Shown here: positions 35,389-50,021 of the stretch, piece after piece
Layout of the letters: the number at the start of each line of letters is the position of its first letter
Numbering within the stretch: the first letter of the stretch is position 1
Source: Azolla caroliniana
Lineage: Eukaryota > Plantae > Polypodiophyta
DNA length: 64,000 bases
Assembly: GCA_043228905.1 (NCBI GenBank)
Contig: JBHGNT010000009.1
Coordinates: 20,708,001-20,772,000, forward strand
Direction: 5' to 3'
The notes under the pieces: model-generated
Database searches by the model: none
Seen by the model: only the letters and a program-made list of their open reading frames with translations
Told to the model about the DNA's origin: nothing
Program-made: the position numbers and the translations under genes

Positions 35389-38300
35389 TTAATATGATAC
35401 ATCTTCTTGAGAAGGTTTCTTCAGTCTCGAGAGTATATCAAAAACCATGTTGCCTATTTCCTTGCTTTCATTACATGGCATTGAGACCTTAGCTGGTTTT
35501 TTGCTTGTATAGGAAATTACTTCTTCTTGAAGGGTTGAAGGCCCATTCATGTTTGTTGGATTTTTGCTTGTATAGGAAATTGCTTCTTTGTGAAGGGTCA
35601 AAGCTCCATTCATATTTGTTGGATTTTTGCTTGAATAGGAAATTGCTTCTTCATGAACGGTCAAAGGTCCATTCATAATATCTTCATCCATTACGTGCTT
35701 CGACGTCTCTAAATGGTTCAAGCATCCTTGAGAACGTTTTGTGGAAGAATTCACAGAGTACACCTTTTCTCCCTGTTGGGTATCTACCATGTCCAAAAAA
35801 ACAAATGGAGTAACAAGCTTTTAAATAACTGAAATAAATGACTCATAAATTAAAAGAATCACATGCATGTTTTGAAGAAATCAAACAGTGGAATAAAGCA
35901 TCTCTTTTCATGCTTCCATCAATGTTAACTATGAAAAAAGGATGTTATGGTCACAAAAATTTAGAAATTTGTTCATAGAATCATCCATCTTCATGAGATT
36001 GGACCCTTTAATAAGGATCCCATCATGAATCACACTATGCTATGACCTCAGGCCACATTTGCGATCCCCTCATGAATCACACTTTGCTATGACCTCAGGC
36101 CACATTTGCTGCATACATACGATAAAATATGGAACAAGCTACTCTAGCATCAGCTAACTGTTTCCAATGGCACATATTAATGAAATCTTATTAACACATA
36201 GGTATACAGTTGCAGTATATTAGAGTGACAAAAGTGATAAATTAACTTGCCTGTATCCGGGAATAGTAAGAACATATGCAGAAGAAGAAATAGCTTCTCA
36301 AGTTTCATGCACATCTTGTCATGCTACCTCATTCTTAAAATTGTAATAAGAATTCCCACCCTCAAGAGGCAATTTCTGGTCATGACATACGTGGGCCTCA
36401 AATCTCATTTTTAAATTCTGTACAACTAGTCTGAACTACCCTAATATTTGAGCATCTCAGCATTTCTCAATTTGATAAGCATAGATGCCATAAGTTTCCT
36501 TCATATCTTCTAATATGGTCATCTCTCTTTTTATTACTGCAAGTTGACTTAGTATATTGGTTTTCTGTATACATGTATATCAATGGTTGCTTGTTCTTCA
36601 TTGTGTGCTTATTCATTCAAACGCCCCAGCACACCACATCCACTCACTGAAATTTTTTGTATGTTCATTACACCCACATTATTATTATGATTTGTCCACA
36701 AGAGAAAATTGATGAAGGCATGATCAAACAAGACAATACACCTATTTGGCATGCAATATTTATTGTATCAAAATAGATGGCCATTATTTTTTAAATCAAA
36801 ATTCAGACAACCTGTAAGATTTCAACGTCATTGGAGTGGTACAATCAGCTGAAATTTAGATAATTGTAGTATGAACACAAACAACTTCCAACAAAATTAA
36901 GCAGAAATAAGTTTTATGATTAGTACAAAAAGAGTGATGCTAATAAACAATGTTGTTTACCAGTATTTTGATGCTCTTGATGATAATGTGCTTTAGTTTT
37001 AGTCCTGCACCAAATATGACTTCAATTAATTGGCATTTATGCTATTTTGCTTGCTACCGATCTTCTGAATAGCTCCAAAAACATCAAAACTAGTTCACCT
37101 TTCTTCAGACATAGAAACTGTTGATCCACCAATAGCTGCTTTTTCCATACTTCTCATTTCTTCCAATGACTCACTTACAGAGGACATACAGATTTTGGAC
37201 TCATACTCATGCTCGTCCTCTATTTGTTTGAAGAAGTTTGAGAGCATTCTTCTGCATATTCTCTTAGGCGATCTGCACTGCGATGGCTTTTTTGTCACAA
37301 TCCAAGTTGTTAAGTGATCAATTACAGCTACGGCAGAGCTTTCATCATCAGATCCTGCAAAGTAGATAAATACTTCGGCAGGTTGCATTTTTCTAATGTA
37401 CCGCTCCAATAGAAAAGAATATGTGCAATGCAGCTATTTAATTATCTGGGGTGTACTTCAGTCTAGAGATAAAGTCTAAAACACCTTCAATGTTGTGTGT
37501 GAGGTTCCTCACTGCTGTGTCTAAATCATAGTTCAAATACTGATATATTAGCTGCAAGCGAAAAAAAATTAATATCTCAATTTTAATTTAGAACTTCCTT
37601 CTAACACATTTAAAAATGTGTCCAGATATTGAGCAACTGTTTGTATATCAGAGCAGCTTCCTATGTCGTTGCCTCTATCCCTCTCTCTTATTACCTTTGT
37701 AATGTTTAAAAATAATATATAATATGAATTGCTATTTCTAATTTGGGTAAAATGATGTTTAGGCGATTTGGAAAAGGATTTAGATTTATTGTTGAGCTAA
37801 GCTACTAAAAGGGGAAAGTACTACCATGAACCGATAACACTACTCAATCCATTTAAAATATAACATTAAAAAGCGAAAATACTCTGAAATGTTCCAGATT
37901 ATCTGCATTGAGAGGACGCATTACTGGTTACATTGTGGACTCCTTACATATAATCCACATAAGAAAGAGGTCATTGTAAGACCAAGTCAAGAGTAAATCC
38001 CCCTCGTGTGCTTGATACTATAGAGTTCTCTGTGCAAAAAATGCATGACAATGTAGACATACTTGCATACCTCCAAATTTTTCGAAAGACAAATCTCTAA
38101 GATGATTACGCGATCTGCCCGATAGAAATGAAGAAAACAGTACTTGGTCATTCCTTGAGACAAAAACATGGATTCACTTTTAACAGTTATCAATTAGACA
38201 CAAGAATCTGAATCTAGCATTCTTACATATCTGCATTACTGTGTTGGCTTACAAAACATGTTTTATTAAATGGTCTGGGAATATCTGAGAAACTACTTTC

Positions 38301-41300
38301 CAAACATGTTTCTCCTGAAGATGATACTATTTCACTGCGCCTCTCAGTCATACAATCATCTTTTTCTGCCCAATAATAAGCCCACTAGTAAGTTAGAAGT
38401 TGTTATCAGATAACTGTTCATGTGGCATAGAGAAAACCACCTGTCAAATACTCAATTGAATTGAATGCAAGGTGTGACTGTCAACCGCAGGAAAATGAAA
38501 CAAGTCAGTTTCTTTAACTTCTGAAATATACAAAAAGGATTTAGTGTGCCTATTGGATCTTACACACTGAGAAGCATCCAATGACATGATTTCATCATCG
38601 CTGGATGGATACAGTTGAGGTGATTCACCATCAGGGTTTCTTCGCTTATCATGCCCTGCCTCTCTCTCAGACAATAATGGAGATGATAGGGGGTTTCTGA
38701 TTTCAAAGTCATAAGTTGTTCTGAAGATTTGATCGCATTCACTAAAAATATCTCGTTCAGGTTGTTCAACGGGAGCACCATATTCAGCCTGAATACATTT
38801 ACAGATTCTGAGAAGTCCAATTCACACCTTTCAGAATGATCAAAAGTCTTCATTAACTTGAAAACATAGTACAGAACAATGTGAGAACCAAAACATCAGG
38901 TAAGGTAATGTCAACCTGATGCTCCTATTTATGCAAGACATAAATATAAAGGGCAGGATGACATAAATCTTAGAGCTTCTCTAATCAAGGTGTGAGGCAC
39001 AAAAAAAGTGCAATTTTCTTACCTACGACAAAATCATGTTACACAACCTCCAGCTCAGCAAAGTAAACCTGTAGCAAACACAATTGAAGATCCAAAATAC
39101 CAGAAAATTATCCAATGGCGTTTGCCTCACACTCCAATTCTGAATTCCTTCCTATGGGGGATGTGCCAAGTTCTAAAGCTTCATTACTGCTTTCCAGGGT
39201 ATGATTTTCATGACTAGAGAATCAGAATACTCTTGCAATAGCTTTATACCACCAGGTATCAGACTATTCTTGGTTACAATTTGAGCATAGGGAAGTTGTA
39301 AAAAATAAGTAGAGTATAGGATAGCTTGTATCACTCAATTGGATAACGAATTCAATATAGAGGGATAGTGTGGTAAAATAAAAGGAGGCTTAATTGTGAT
39401 GATTGTACACCAGTATTATACTCAAATACTATACCCATAATTGGGCAGGAAGCTCCTCGAGGGATACCATATTGCTGGGCAATAAATCCTGCATCCAGAG
39501 AGCACATGGAGGTCCACTATAAAAAAAAACCAAGGTGGCTCCAGCATCCAACCAGGCCAATCAGTATTCTATGTCATCTCCTAACTGACAGATTCTCAGG
39601 GATTTCAAATAAGAGGCTCCCACTCAATCATGTCACAAAGAACAGATATCTGAGCAAAAACCTCTATCACTGTGTACTACATCACACGTTACAGAGCAAA
39701 TTAATATTCCAAAACATTGCATAAGAGTAATTCTTGAATATCCAAGAGATTTTAGCAAAAAATTATTCAGGAGAGTAGTAAAACTCTATGAGCAAGTATT
39801 ATTCTACACAGACCGCAAAGTGAATTAAATTTCAATAAGAGTAAATCTTGGATTTCCAACAGATTTAAGGTATTCTATATAACCTCAATAAGCTGTGAAA
39901 ATCACATCCCATAAGGAAAATTGAAATGTTACAACAAGCATTTGAGCTTCATATTTTTAAAACAAATGGTCATGGTAAAGTAATATAGTAAACCCACTAG
40001 AGATAGTATATTTTTACCTGGAAAAAGCTGTGTCCTTGGGATTTATCACATGAGCTCTATTTCATCATAGACACGACTCAGTGAAAATAGCATATAGCAA
40101 GAACTATACTAGAAATAGCAAAAACAAAGTGAGGACAACGTGTGAAGACCTCTTCAAATTGTGAAGCTGGACCAACACAATCTACATGATCAAATACTCC
40201 ATCAGAATTTTCTGGAATTTGATAACTTGTGATTCTGCTGCTTTTCCGAGTAGCACCAACATTTATTCGCATAAAATCACTGTCAATGTTATCAAAGAAG
40301 CCACGATCCACACTTGTGGATTCAAAACCAGAGCAATCTGAGAAGGCATTGTTTCCTCCTGAACCAAAGGATTCAAACTGAAGCCATGAGTCTAACGCTT
40401 GACTTTTAGAGGCACGTGCAGAAGGGGGTGTCACAAAGTAATCAGGTGCCTCACACAGTCTTCTTGGCGATGACACCCTGCAAAACATTTGTCCAAAAAT
40501 GCAGTTAGATACATTTTAATCTTGTGAAAAATTACGTAAATATTGAAAAAATGAGGATAATGTTATTGCTGAACCAAGTTTCAAAATCAGGTATACTTTG
40601 ATTTACAGTTTGAATGGGTCTTGCCATTCTTTTCCTCTCTACAAACAATATAGCTATCATTTTCCAGGATGCATTCAGGATCACTTTCATCACCTGTACA
40701 CAAAAGCAGTAAGGCAAGTACAGTTGCAAAATTTGGAATGTAGATCAGAGCACCTACAAAAAAGTGAATCTCATACCGTTCAAACCACCCAAAGCATACT
40801 CTCCATTCAGGAATGTGTGCCACAGAGAAATTATTTTTATATCACACAATTTTGATATTGCATATTGAACCATTAAACAAGTGATCAATATTGACAAGAA
40901 TCCTCTTTAAGAAATTTGAATTCAACACTCATAATCTGTGTTACATACCTTCTAGTATTGGGGAAGTAGCATAAAATTCACAGCTTGAGCTCTTCTTTCC
41001 TTCTTCCATTTCATGTCCATTGATAATGTCTAATATATCAAATTCTGTGACCAGAAAAACAAAACAATGAGTTTCCTGAAAAGTTTAATACACTCTAAGA
41101 ATAGAGGATGAGTGAAGCAATTCATACTTGCAAACTCTTTGTGACCTTTCTGATTTCTCTGAATTGGATTCATTTTCTGTTGAAAATTCGTTTTCTTTTT
41201 GCCATTTTTAATATTACACTGAAGTTTTTGTGAGTCATTTCCTTCCATGTTAAGAGGATGAATATTTGACAGCGTCTGATTGTTTTGGATATTTTGTGGT

Positions 41301-42948
41301 ATCTTTGCCTCTTGTGAATCTTGTTTTTCAGCAGTAACAGACATTACTCGAAATATTGGCAATGCTTGAGATTGAATTCCTGGCTTGCTAAATAAGTGAA
41401 AGTGTTTACTGAATGTCAACACTAAAACCAAATCCTTAAATTCATGATAATGGCCTATGTCCAGCCACAAAATTACCAATATACATATTTAACCCTATGC
41501 ATAGCCACAAGATTACAGATATAAGTGTTTTACTCCTTTGCTTGCCACAAGATTACAACTGTAAATGCTTACTTCTTTTTAAAAAAGACAGGTGGATCAA
41601 AAATAGCCTCCTTTGATGCTCCATTTCCTTGAAATGCACCATTATAACACTATTATACTGCATTTAACATCACTTGGAAATAGTTTATGATGCTTCATAC
41701 TAGGGTGTAGGTATACTACAAGACCTAGGGGACAAACCTGAGAAATGGTCATAATCTCCATTCACATCATCTTTGAAAACCTCAGTCTTCTTTGGTTTAT
41801 CTACACAAAAATACCGCGTAATACTCTTGAAGTTTTTTTCTAAGGATCAAGACTAATAGAAGTTACGGTTCTGCTTTTTTTTTACTCTTTTAACTTTTAA
41901 TATAAATCTGAACTGGCCTTTTCTTAATCTAAGCCTTTGTTCGAAATATGAACTAATGGAGTATCAATTTTGCTTTCTTTCTTATGCTTAAATCTATTAA
42001 TCAAATTTACTTGAGTGCAATGCTAAATAAATGGAAGATACCAGGATGTTTTGATTGAATTATGATGTAATGGATATTCTTTTGTTTAACACAAAGTTTT
42101 TGTTTTATTCTTTTCTCAAAATGTCAAGTTGTACCCAATCTGAACTAAAGGAAGTTCTTCTTCTTCTTCTTTCTTACTGTTAAGCTTTTTCTCAACAATT
42201 ATTTTAAATGGTTGTTGAAAAGGAAAGAATATATGGCACACCTGAAGCATTAACCTTTCCATTTCCATTATCCCTCTCAGTTCGAGCTAGACGAGAAAGA
42301 TTCTTTAAACTAGCAATATCAAGAGAGCTAACAGTTTCCTTTTGAGAAGAAGAAGACGTGTCATGAAGTACAGGTATTTCTGATAACTCAGACCTTCTCT
42401 GTTGTCTCCGTTGCTCAAAGAAATGGCGCTGCCTAAATATGAATAAATAAACAGAGTTCAATCTGCATCCTATATTATGAACCACTTAGCAAAAAGATCC
42501 AGTTGACAGAAGAATTACAAGGAGGAAAACATCAATCTGTTAATGAAGGAAACAGATAAGGTAGTTATATATATAAAGCAGAATGAGTACCTAGCTTCGA
42601 TGGATTTCCTTGTCTGACATAAGAGACATCAGAAAACATTAGAACGAAGGTGAGGTGAATCGTATTCTCTATATCTATTTATGCGTGTGAAGGATGAAGT
42701 ATATTGGCAAAATCACCAAGCTTCCATAAGTTTTCTGGTCTTATGCGAATATAAACACATCAGAAAATCTGTCTGTCTATCTCTCGCGCACACATTTTCG
42801 TTTTTCTCTCTCTTTCACACTCATATACATGATTTCTTTCTTCCTCGCATCTGACATGTTTTGATCTTCTTCTGCAAGATAAATGGAGATGGATAGAAGT
42901 ACGTACATTCTTCAGTCTGCGTCGTCCTCCCCCCATCCATTGCAACAT
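35389..42948 (-). CDS. HEIP1: HEIP1 / C12orf40(REDIC1)-like meiotic crossover protein, multi-exon
   Basis: Spliced N-terminus MLQWMGGGRRRLKN|TRKSIEAR|QRHFFEQRRQQ and SLDIASL (exons 42948-42907, 42613-42591, from 42432) matches the recalled family N-terminal motif. Downstream exon-like ORFs at ~41030-41340, 40020-40478, 37095-37355 and 35389-35760 are low-confidence in structure. Confidence 0.68.
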
Positions 42949-43350
42949 CCTTCCAGACCCTTCCTTTTCTGTGATGGGAAGAGAAGAAGAAGATGACGAG
43001 GATGTCGAAGACGAAGAAGACGGCGACGATGAGGAAACGCACAAACGCAGATTGACAGACAGAGAGACGCAAGGAACGAAATGAAAAGGACAGAAGCGAA
43101 TTTTGCACTCAATGACAGAGAAGACGGTGATGGCGCCATGGCCATAGCCATAGCCATGCACCACCACGCCTGTTGCTACTGCCGCTCTCCATTCTCCATT
43201 CTCCATTCTCCATTCTCCATTCTCCATTCTCCATTCGTGTTCTTCTTTCTCCCTTTTTTTCTTTCTTTCTTTCTTTTCAAATGTATGTATATACATTGGG
43301 AGGGAGGACCCTGGAAAGGATAAAGAGAGAGGGAACGTGTGGACAAAGTT

Positions 43351-43935
43351 GTGTCCAGTGGACGCCCCGGACACGACATCGTAAACCCGAACCCTCGTCC
43401 ACCAAGGAAAATCGACGTAAACATTCTTTGTTTGCAAAAAAAATGCTTCTGTGTGTGTGTGTGAGTGTGTGTGTGTGTGTGTGTGGATATATGTATGTAT
43501 ATGTATATATATATGTATGTATGTATGTATGTATATATATGTATGTATGTATGTATGTATATATATGTAAATAGTATGTATTGTATAGTGTATGTGTCCA
43601 GTGGACGCCCTAGACATCACAACGTAAACTTGAACCAGCTCCCACTTGAGAAATCTACATAAACGTGATGCGCATATTCTTTGTTTGCCAATTTAGTGTG
43701 TGGGTGAGCTTGTTAATGTGTGTGTGGATATATGTCTGTATGTATATGTATATGTATATGTATGTATGTATGTATTGTATTGTATATGTGTGTGTTTGTG
43801 TCCAGTGGATGCCCCAAACATCACAACGTAAACCTGAACCCTCTCCCACTTGAGAAATCTACATAAACGTGATGCGTATATTCTTTGTTTGCCAATTCAG
43901 TGTGTGGGCGAGCTTGTTAATGTGTGCGTGTGGAC
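43351..43935. repeat. Three copies of a ~90-bp GC-rich unit separated by (TG)n/(TATG)n microsatellites
   Basis: GTCCAGTGGAYGCCC...CGTAAAC.TGAACC...CCAC..GAGAAATC at ~43352, 43596 and 43800. Confidence 0.85.
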
Positions 43936-44696
43936 ATAATATGCCCATTGTGAGCGTAACATTAACATACCACCTCCCGATTCTCCACCATAGTACCTAC
44001 AACACATGATGAAAGCTCTCTTTCAAGATGTTTTGAAGAAGATTCGACCTAATGGAAGGCACATGAATATACCCCTTTGCTTAAGCTGATGATCAAACTT
44101 CCATTCGTTACATTCATAAGCATGCTTTTCCCACCATGAGTGTGTGTGTCACAAAGCATTTTTCATGTTCTTGAAGGCATGAGGGTGATCATAGCAACCT
44201 TTCATGTTGCATGTGTGCTCATCGTATCCATTGGAATAGTGCCCTTGTTGAACATCTAGTCATGAATCCTATGTAATTTTTCTGTAAAATATAGGCACGA
44301 TTACTAATGGGACTACCAATGTTATCACTTTATTCCAAATGGACCATTGACTTGGCCCAAGATGGTAATGGCATATGCCTAAAAATGTATTTCCGATTTA
44401 TCTTAGCCCCTTCTTTTGCAAGTACTAATACTAAAACTTTTATAGGTTCTTAAGCACAAAATGGAGACATGCTCTTAACCCTTGGTACATAAAGGGTCTC
44501 TCATCTTACATATGGAGAGAGAGAGAGAGAGCGTCCCTCTCCCTACATAGGAGAGAGAGAGACTAAGAAGTGTTGTAACTAAGTAGATTTTACATACAAT
44601 TAATATAATTGTGTGCTTTTACCAGAGAGAGAGAGAGACCCTTAATATCATTGTGTGTTTTCACCAAAAGAGAGGGGGAGAGAGAGAGAGAGAATT

Positions 44697-44895
44697 TGTA
44701 AGGTTGCCCAATGGAGACCAAGTGGTCATGGGTTCAACCCCTACATTCCAGTGGCATTTAGTGAATTAAGAGATATATATGAAGTATATAATAGAGAGAA
44801 GTGAGAAAATTGGGTTTCGAACCCACAATGCAATGCTTGTAGTGTTAACAACTTACTGCAAGGGTAAGCTAATTACGATAAAAATAGAGAGAGAG
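44697..44895. repeat. Second copy of the convergent tRNA-like dispersed repeat
   Basis: Homologous to 22500-22710. The first A box is truncated next to (GA)n. Confidence 0.7.
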
Positions 44896-47800
44896 TATCT
44901 ATATGTGGGGCAAAATAAAAGAGCAAGTGCCTAACAAATTCTCAAGATGAGGGTTAAAATCTGAGCTATAAGCCTATGTACAATTTATACAATCACATTT
45001 ATTTCCATTTGATTATATTTTATGTGGAATATTGAGTCACAAATCAATGCTTTAATATATGTAAAAACGCAAAGTTTATTATTCAATGGTACATTGTGGT
45101 TTATTGGTGGAGTTTACATCAACTATGTTGAAGTTCGTGAGGTTGAGACCTACTGAGACAAAAACAATCTTTATGAAAAATCTTCCCAATCTACCATCAC
45201 TACTAGTGGATAAGGCTACAAGGGGGTCTGTCCTAATAGTGATGGTGAAGCACATTCACGACATCGCTAGTAGAGAGCTTTGACCGCCACTCGTAGAGAT
45301 GCCCATTACAAGCCACAACTTAGCACATCTCAACTACAATGTACCACTAATTTTCCGGTTGTCATAACCTAGAAAAACCTAGTAGATATCATTCAACTTT
45401 GATGACTCCAATTCAACCACTCGTCGCCACCACCACACACTCTCTAACTCAAATCACACTGCCTATGAAATAAAATGTTAGGTTAGGAGGTACTGCATGC
45501 TAGGTAGCATGATATAAAGTTTCTCACCTTCGTGTCATGAGTATCTAGTTTCAATGACTAGCGCATGAAGGGGTATGTGCGTGTTAAGCGAGGCACAAGC
45601 TTACCTTGAGAAAACTTTGTGCCGAGGGCATGTTTCTATTCCATGTGGGGGTCTGCCCCTCTACTGAAATCGTTGATTGTGGACTTTGGACTAATGTATA
45701 CTCTCAGAGTGGCAAACCAGGTGAGAATGATCGTGAATCATCCTTGAGGTACTAGAGTCATTTACCCTAATTTGAAGAACTCTTACTTAACCTCTCGCAA
45801 AAACTACATTAATAGGAACTTAACTAAAACTTAATAAAAGCATTAAATTTATTAACTAGATTAAAACCTGTACAAGAATGCACCTAATAACAAATTAAAC
45901 TACCTCAACCATTAATCATCACCTAGCACATACAATAGGGAGAGTGGTTAACACTTGACATGGGAGTTCTTTCGTTAAATGCTAGTTAAGATGGCAGGGA
46001 GTAAGAGAGTTAGGAGAAAGCTTTAGCTCAAGTTACATAAGGGAGCTTCAAATTACACATATGATGTGACATTATTAACTATATATTAACATATGGTGGC
46101 TTCAAATTTCTCTCTTCTTAAGGTTGGACTTAGGCACAACCACTATAAAAAGAAATTTGGTTTGTCTTAATTGAGAAAAAAGGTATCAAGCATAGAAAGA
46201 CAAAGATTACAACCTCTTGGTGGCATGTGGTCAGTGGTTAATCGTAGATGGGAGTTCTTAAGAGTGGTAGATACCATTAGAAGGGGAAAACACAAGCTCT
46301 TTGTAATTGATGTTGGTATCATCTCGCTTTTTGGGATGGGGGACGACCACGCATTTCAAGGTCACTTTATATGGAAAACTTGGGTTTGGGTGCCATGTCC
46401 AGATCATAATGAAGAACAATGACTTTTCAGATAGTTCAAACAAAGTTTGGTATACCTAGATCTAACCAGCTATATGGACACAATTGCAAGAAATGTCAAC
46501 TTTGCAATACCTAATTCTAGATTTGACTTATGATACATCTCAATTAGATTGAAAATTTGCATGTCATAAAAGCCTCGCCGAAGAAAAAACAAATTAGTAC
46601 ATCATCAACTAAATAGTAATAATGCAAGAATGAAGAATGGATTAGTAAAGTGTGGGGAATGTCGGTGATAGATTGTGGTGCAGTTGAGGTGGTAATCTCA
46701 CCTTTCTTTCTTAGTTATGATATTTATTTGGAGGGTTATGGTGAGTAGGTTAGCTCTAGATGTTGCTTTGTGTCTACTTAAGTATGCATATATGTGGTGG
46801 GCTTCATTAATGAGAGTGTCAAAACCCCCTTTCCAATAGGTATCTCTCAAAAGAATGTAGGAATGCCTTCTTAAAATTTTCAGATTGTATTTGAGATACG
46901 CAAGTATTCAGGATTATGGCATATTTGGCCTAGTATAGGGTTCAGAGCTACATTTGCATTTTCCATTCATTGTTATCCCATTCAACGGTCTAGTTCCATT
47001 GTAAGATATCCAAACATGGGGATGTAGTTGGGTACCTTATGGGATTTGTGGTGGGTCCACATTATATTTCTATTCATGGTAACTCTATGTTTTGTAATTA
47101 GTACATTGTTATTTACGAAAAAAAATATGAAAAGACGAAAGCAATACAAGATGGTTGTTGAGAAAGAAGTACATGTAGATCGTATCATCAATTTGATGTT
47201 TTACCACAATAAAAAAGTCACATACCTTTCCATTCAAGATATCTTAGGAACCATAAATTTTCAACATTGCCCACTATGTAGTAGACATGTGCAATATAAT
47301 GTGTATTAATGATTCTTTTAGAGTTAGTAATGTTTTGGCAGTGCACATTCACTTCTCTTCTCAATGAATGCAATCTCCTTCCGTGCACAAAGTGTTCTAA
47401 AAATTGTAATGTTAATTGTCATTGGTCCAAGAGAGAAAATGGTTGGGTGAGAACTTTGAATGGTAGAGCACTTGAATTTCACCTTTCAATCTAAAATTTA
47501 GGAACACATTTTGTCATAATTATGCATTAGATGCATAAAGGTATAGCTATTTCCCGAAAATGTCCATTCTAAACTATAAGGTTGTCTATGCGCGTGCGAT
47601 TAAACACAAATGCATATACAAGTGTGCATTTACATAAGACTATATAGTATAAGTCGTCCTTTAAGTGAATTTATATTGAGGTGAAATCCATCCTTCCTTT
47701 GATCGATGATGCAAGAATATGATCTTCATATTGATCAATCTTATACAATCGAGGGCTTGTTAATATTAATCAATATGATTTGTGTTTGGCAATCAAATCA

Positions 47801-48473
47801 AACCCAATGATATACGATTGACACTACAATGGCATAATGTCAATTCAAGATAGCAAAATAGAATCCACATAAGGAGAAGGATATGTTGGCACTTTCTGTC
47901 ATGCATTGATTTGCATGTGGGGTCAAAGAAAAATAGAATCTATGGACTAAGATTTGACACGTTGGAAAGAAAACCAAGAAACCTTTCAAAACATAAGGGA
48001 CCAATGTATTGGTCTACAAATCTACACTAAAGTATGGGTGGAGTTTGTTAAACACTTATATCAAAAGACCTTATTATTTTGTCCATTTTTCGAGCCGAGA
48101 TCTGATTAGGACGGTTTCGTTCCCTCTACTTGGTGTAGAATTAGGGTTATAACCCGGAATTGGGTGTGGCAACTCTCACACCCGAGAAGCTCTCGGACTA
48201 AAAAAGGGAACCACTTACTTGTTCTAGTTATCTAGTGTGTGACGAGCTTGGCACCATATAGTGCCTCTTCTTAAAGCACGTGTTATTGGATTATATACTT
48301 AATATAGGCACACTAACTAATACATTTTCTAAGAAGGAAAAAAGAAGAAGAAATCTCCTTCTTTCTTTCTTTAACCATAGCAACAAAAACAAAGGGTGTG
48401 TTGCATGCTCTGTTTTACCATTGGCCAGAACAAGAAGAAGAAGAAGAAGGCATATTAAACATCATAAACAACA

Positions 48474-50021
48474 ATGTCCAATGACTCCTTGATCACCTTC
48501 TCAGAGGTGTCTCAGCACAACTCTTCTGGAGATTGCTGGATTATTCTCCATAGCAAGGTATATCATCCTATATTAACACTCTTCTGCTCTTTCTTTCTTC
48601 TTTCATTATAACTACTTGCTGGGTTTAACTCTAAATCTATCGATACTAGATCTGAAGAGAGCCTTTTGCTCGTTATTGAAAGAGAACCCCAGTAGTATTT
48701 AGACATGTTCATCACCCGAATCAAATATCAGTTTGATAGAAGGAATGTTCACAATTTGATAGGCACATTGAGTCATTACCCAAATCAAATCACAATTTGA
48801 TAGAAATGTTCACCTCTCCCTTTCACAAAAACCATCTAATGCTCATTCGAATGATAGCTTATACTTGCCATACATGCCAATATCTCAACACTTGGAGTCT
48901 AGTCGAACTCTGGCGACTTAATATACTAAGGCAGAGTTAGGGAGCACGTTGAATAATTAATTATCCCAAAAAAATCTCGATTTATTAGTAGAAATGATCA
49001 CAATTTAGCAGGCATATTTGAATATTTGATTACCCAAATCAAATCTCAAGTCAGTAGTAGAAACCGATCACCATTTGGCAGAAATGCTTGAGTAATTGAT
49101 TAATGGAGAGCTTCTATGGAATAATTTTTCCCTCCATATAAAGCCATTAGTCTCAGGAAAAAACCTTCTAGTGTAAGTGTACATGATCATAGAAAACACC
49201 ATTGTTTTATATAATGAATCTAACCTTAGACAAAAGAGAAAACGGTTAATATGCTTCATTCACATCAATACATTTTACAATGAAACCATAACATTGGAAA
49301 ACCAATTTCTTTTTTAGGAGCAAAGTGCTGGTGAACATGTTGATTTGCACAATCTGAAATACTTGTTACCATGCATGATCTCGTATTAGAACACAAGTCC
49401 AAGCATTCGGTCCATGACTTTCAAGTTGAACCCACAACCTTAAAATGTCACAAGACATAATCTTCTTCATGACATGTCACATGATCACATTAATTGAGTT
49501 GATTTGAAATTATGAATCTTGCTTATTGATGAACGGCTTCAATTTTTCCATCACCTAGTGAAGTTTAAACATTTCCACTAGATAACATGAACTTCACATT
49601 AAACAATGTGATTGGATCATCAGGTTTACAATGTGAGTAAATTCTTGAACACGCATCCTGGAGGAGATGATGTGATTTTGACTGCTACAGGTATTATAAA
49701 TCATATTGCATACACTCCATTGTATTTCAGAATGCGATCTTAAATTCTTGTCCTTCATATGCTTCTGCAGGAAAAGATGCCACAAATGATTTTGAGGATG
49801 TCGGCCATTCCAAGGTGGCAAAAGATATGTTGAACGATTTGTACATTGGAGAGATTGATGTTTCTACTATCCCCAAGGATACAGAACATGTAGCTTCCAA
49901 GCAGCCAGCATATAATCAAAGCAAGAGTTCCCAATTCTTTTTCAAAATATTACAAGTTCTCATTCCTCTCACAATCTTGGGCCTTGCTCTAACAATGTCG
50001 TACTTTGTTAAAACATCATAG
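48474..50021 (+). CDS. CB5: Cytochrome b5 (tail-anchored); exons 48474-48557, 49624-49690, 49771-50021
   Basis: HN...DCWII...K|VYNVSKFLNTHPGG...GKDATNDFEDVGHS, with a C-terminal TM segment. Confidence 0.95.

Noticed and set aside
42949-43853. Long ORFs with YIHT, CMYV and WRMENGE repeats
   Set aside because: Translations of microsatellites.
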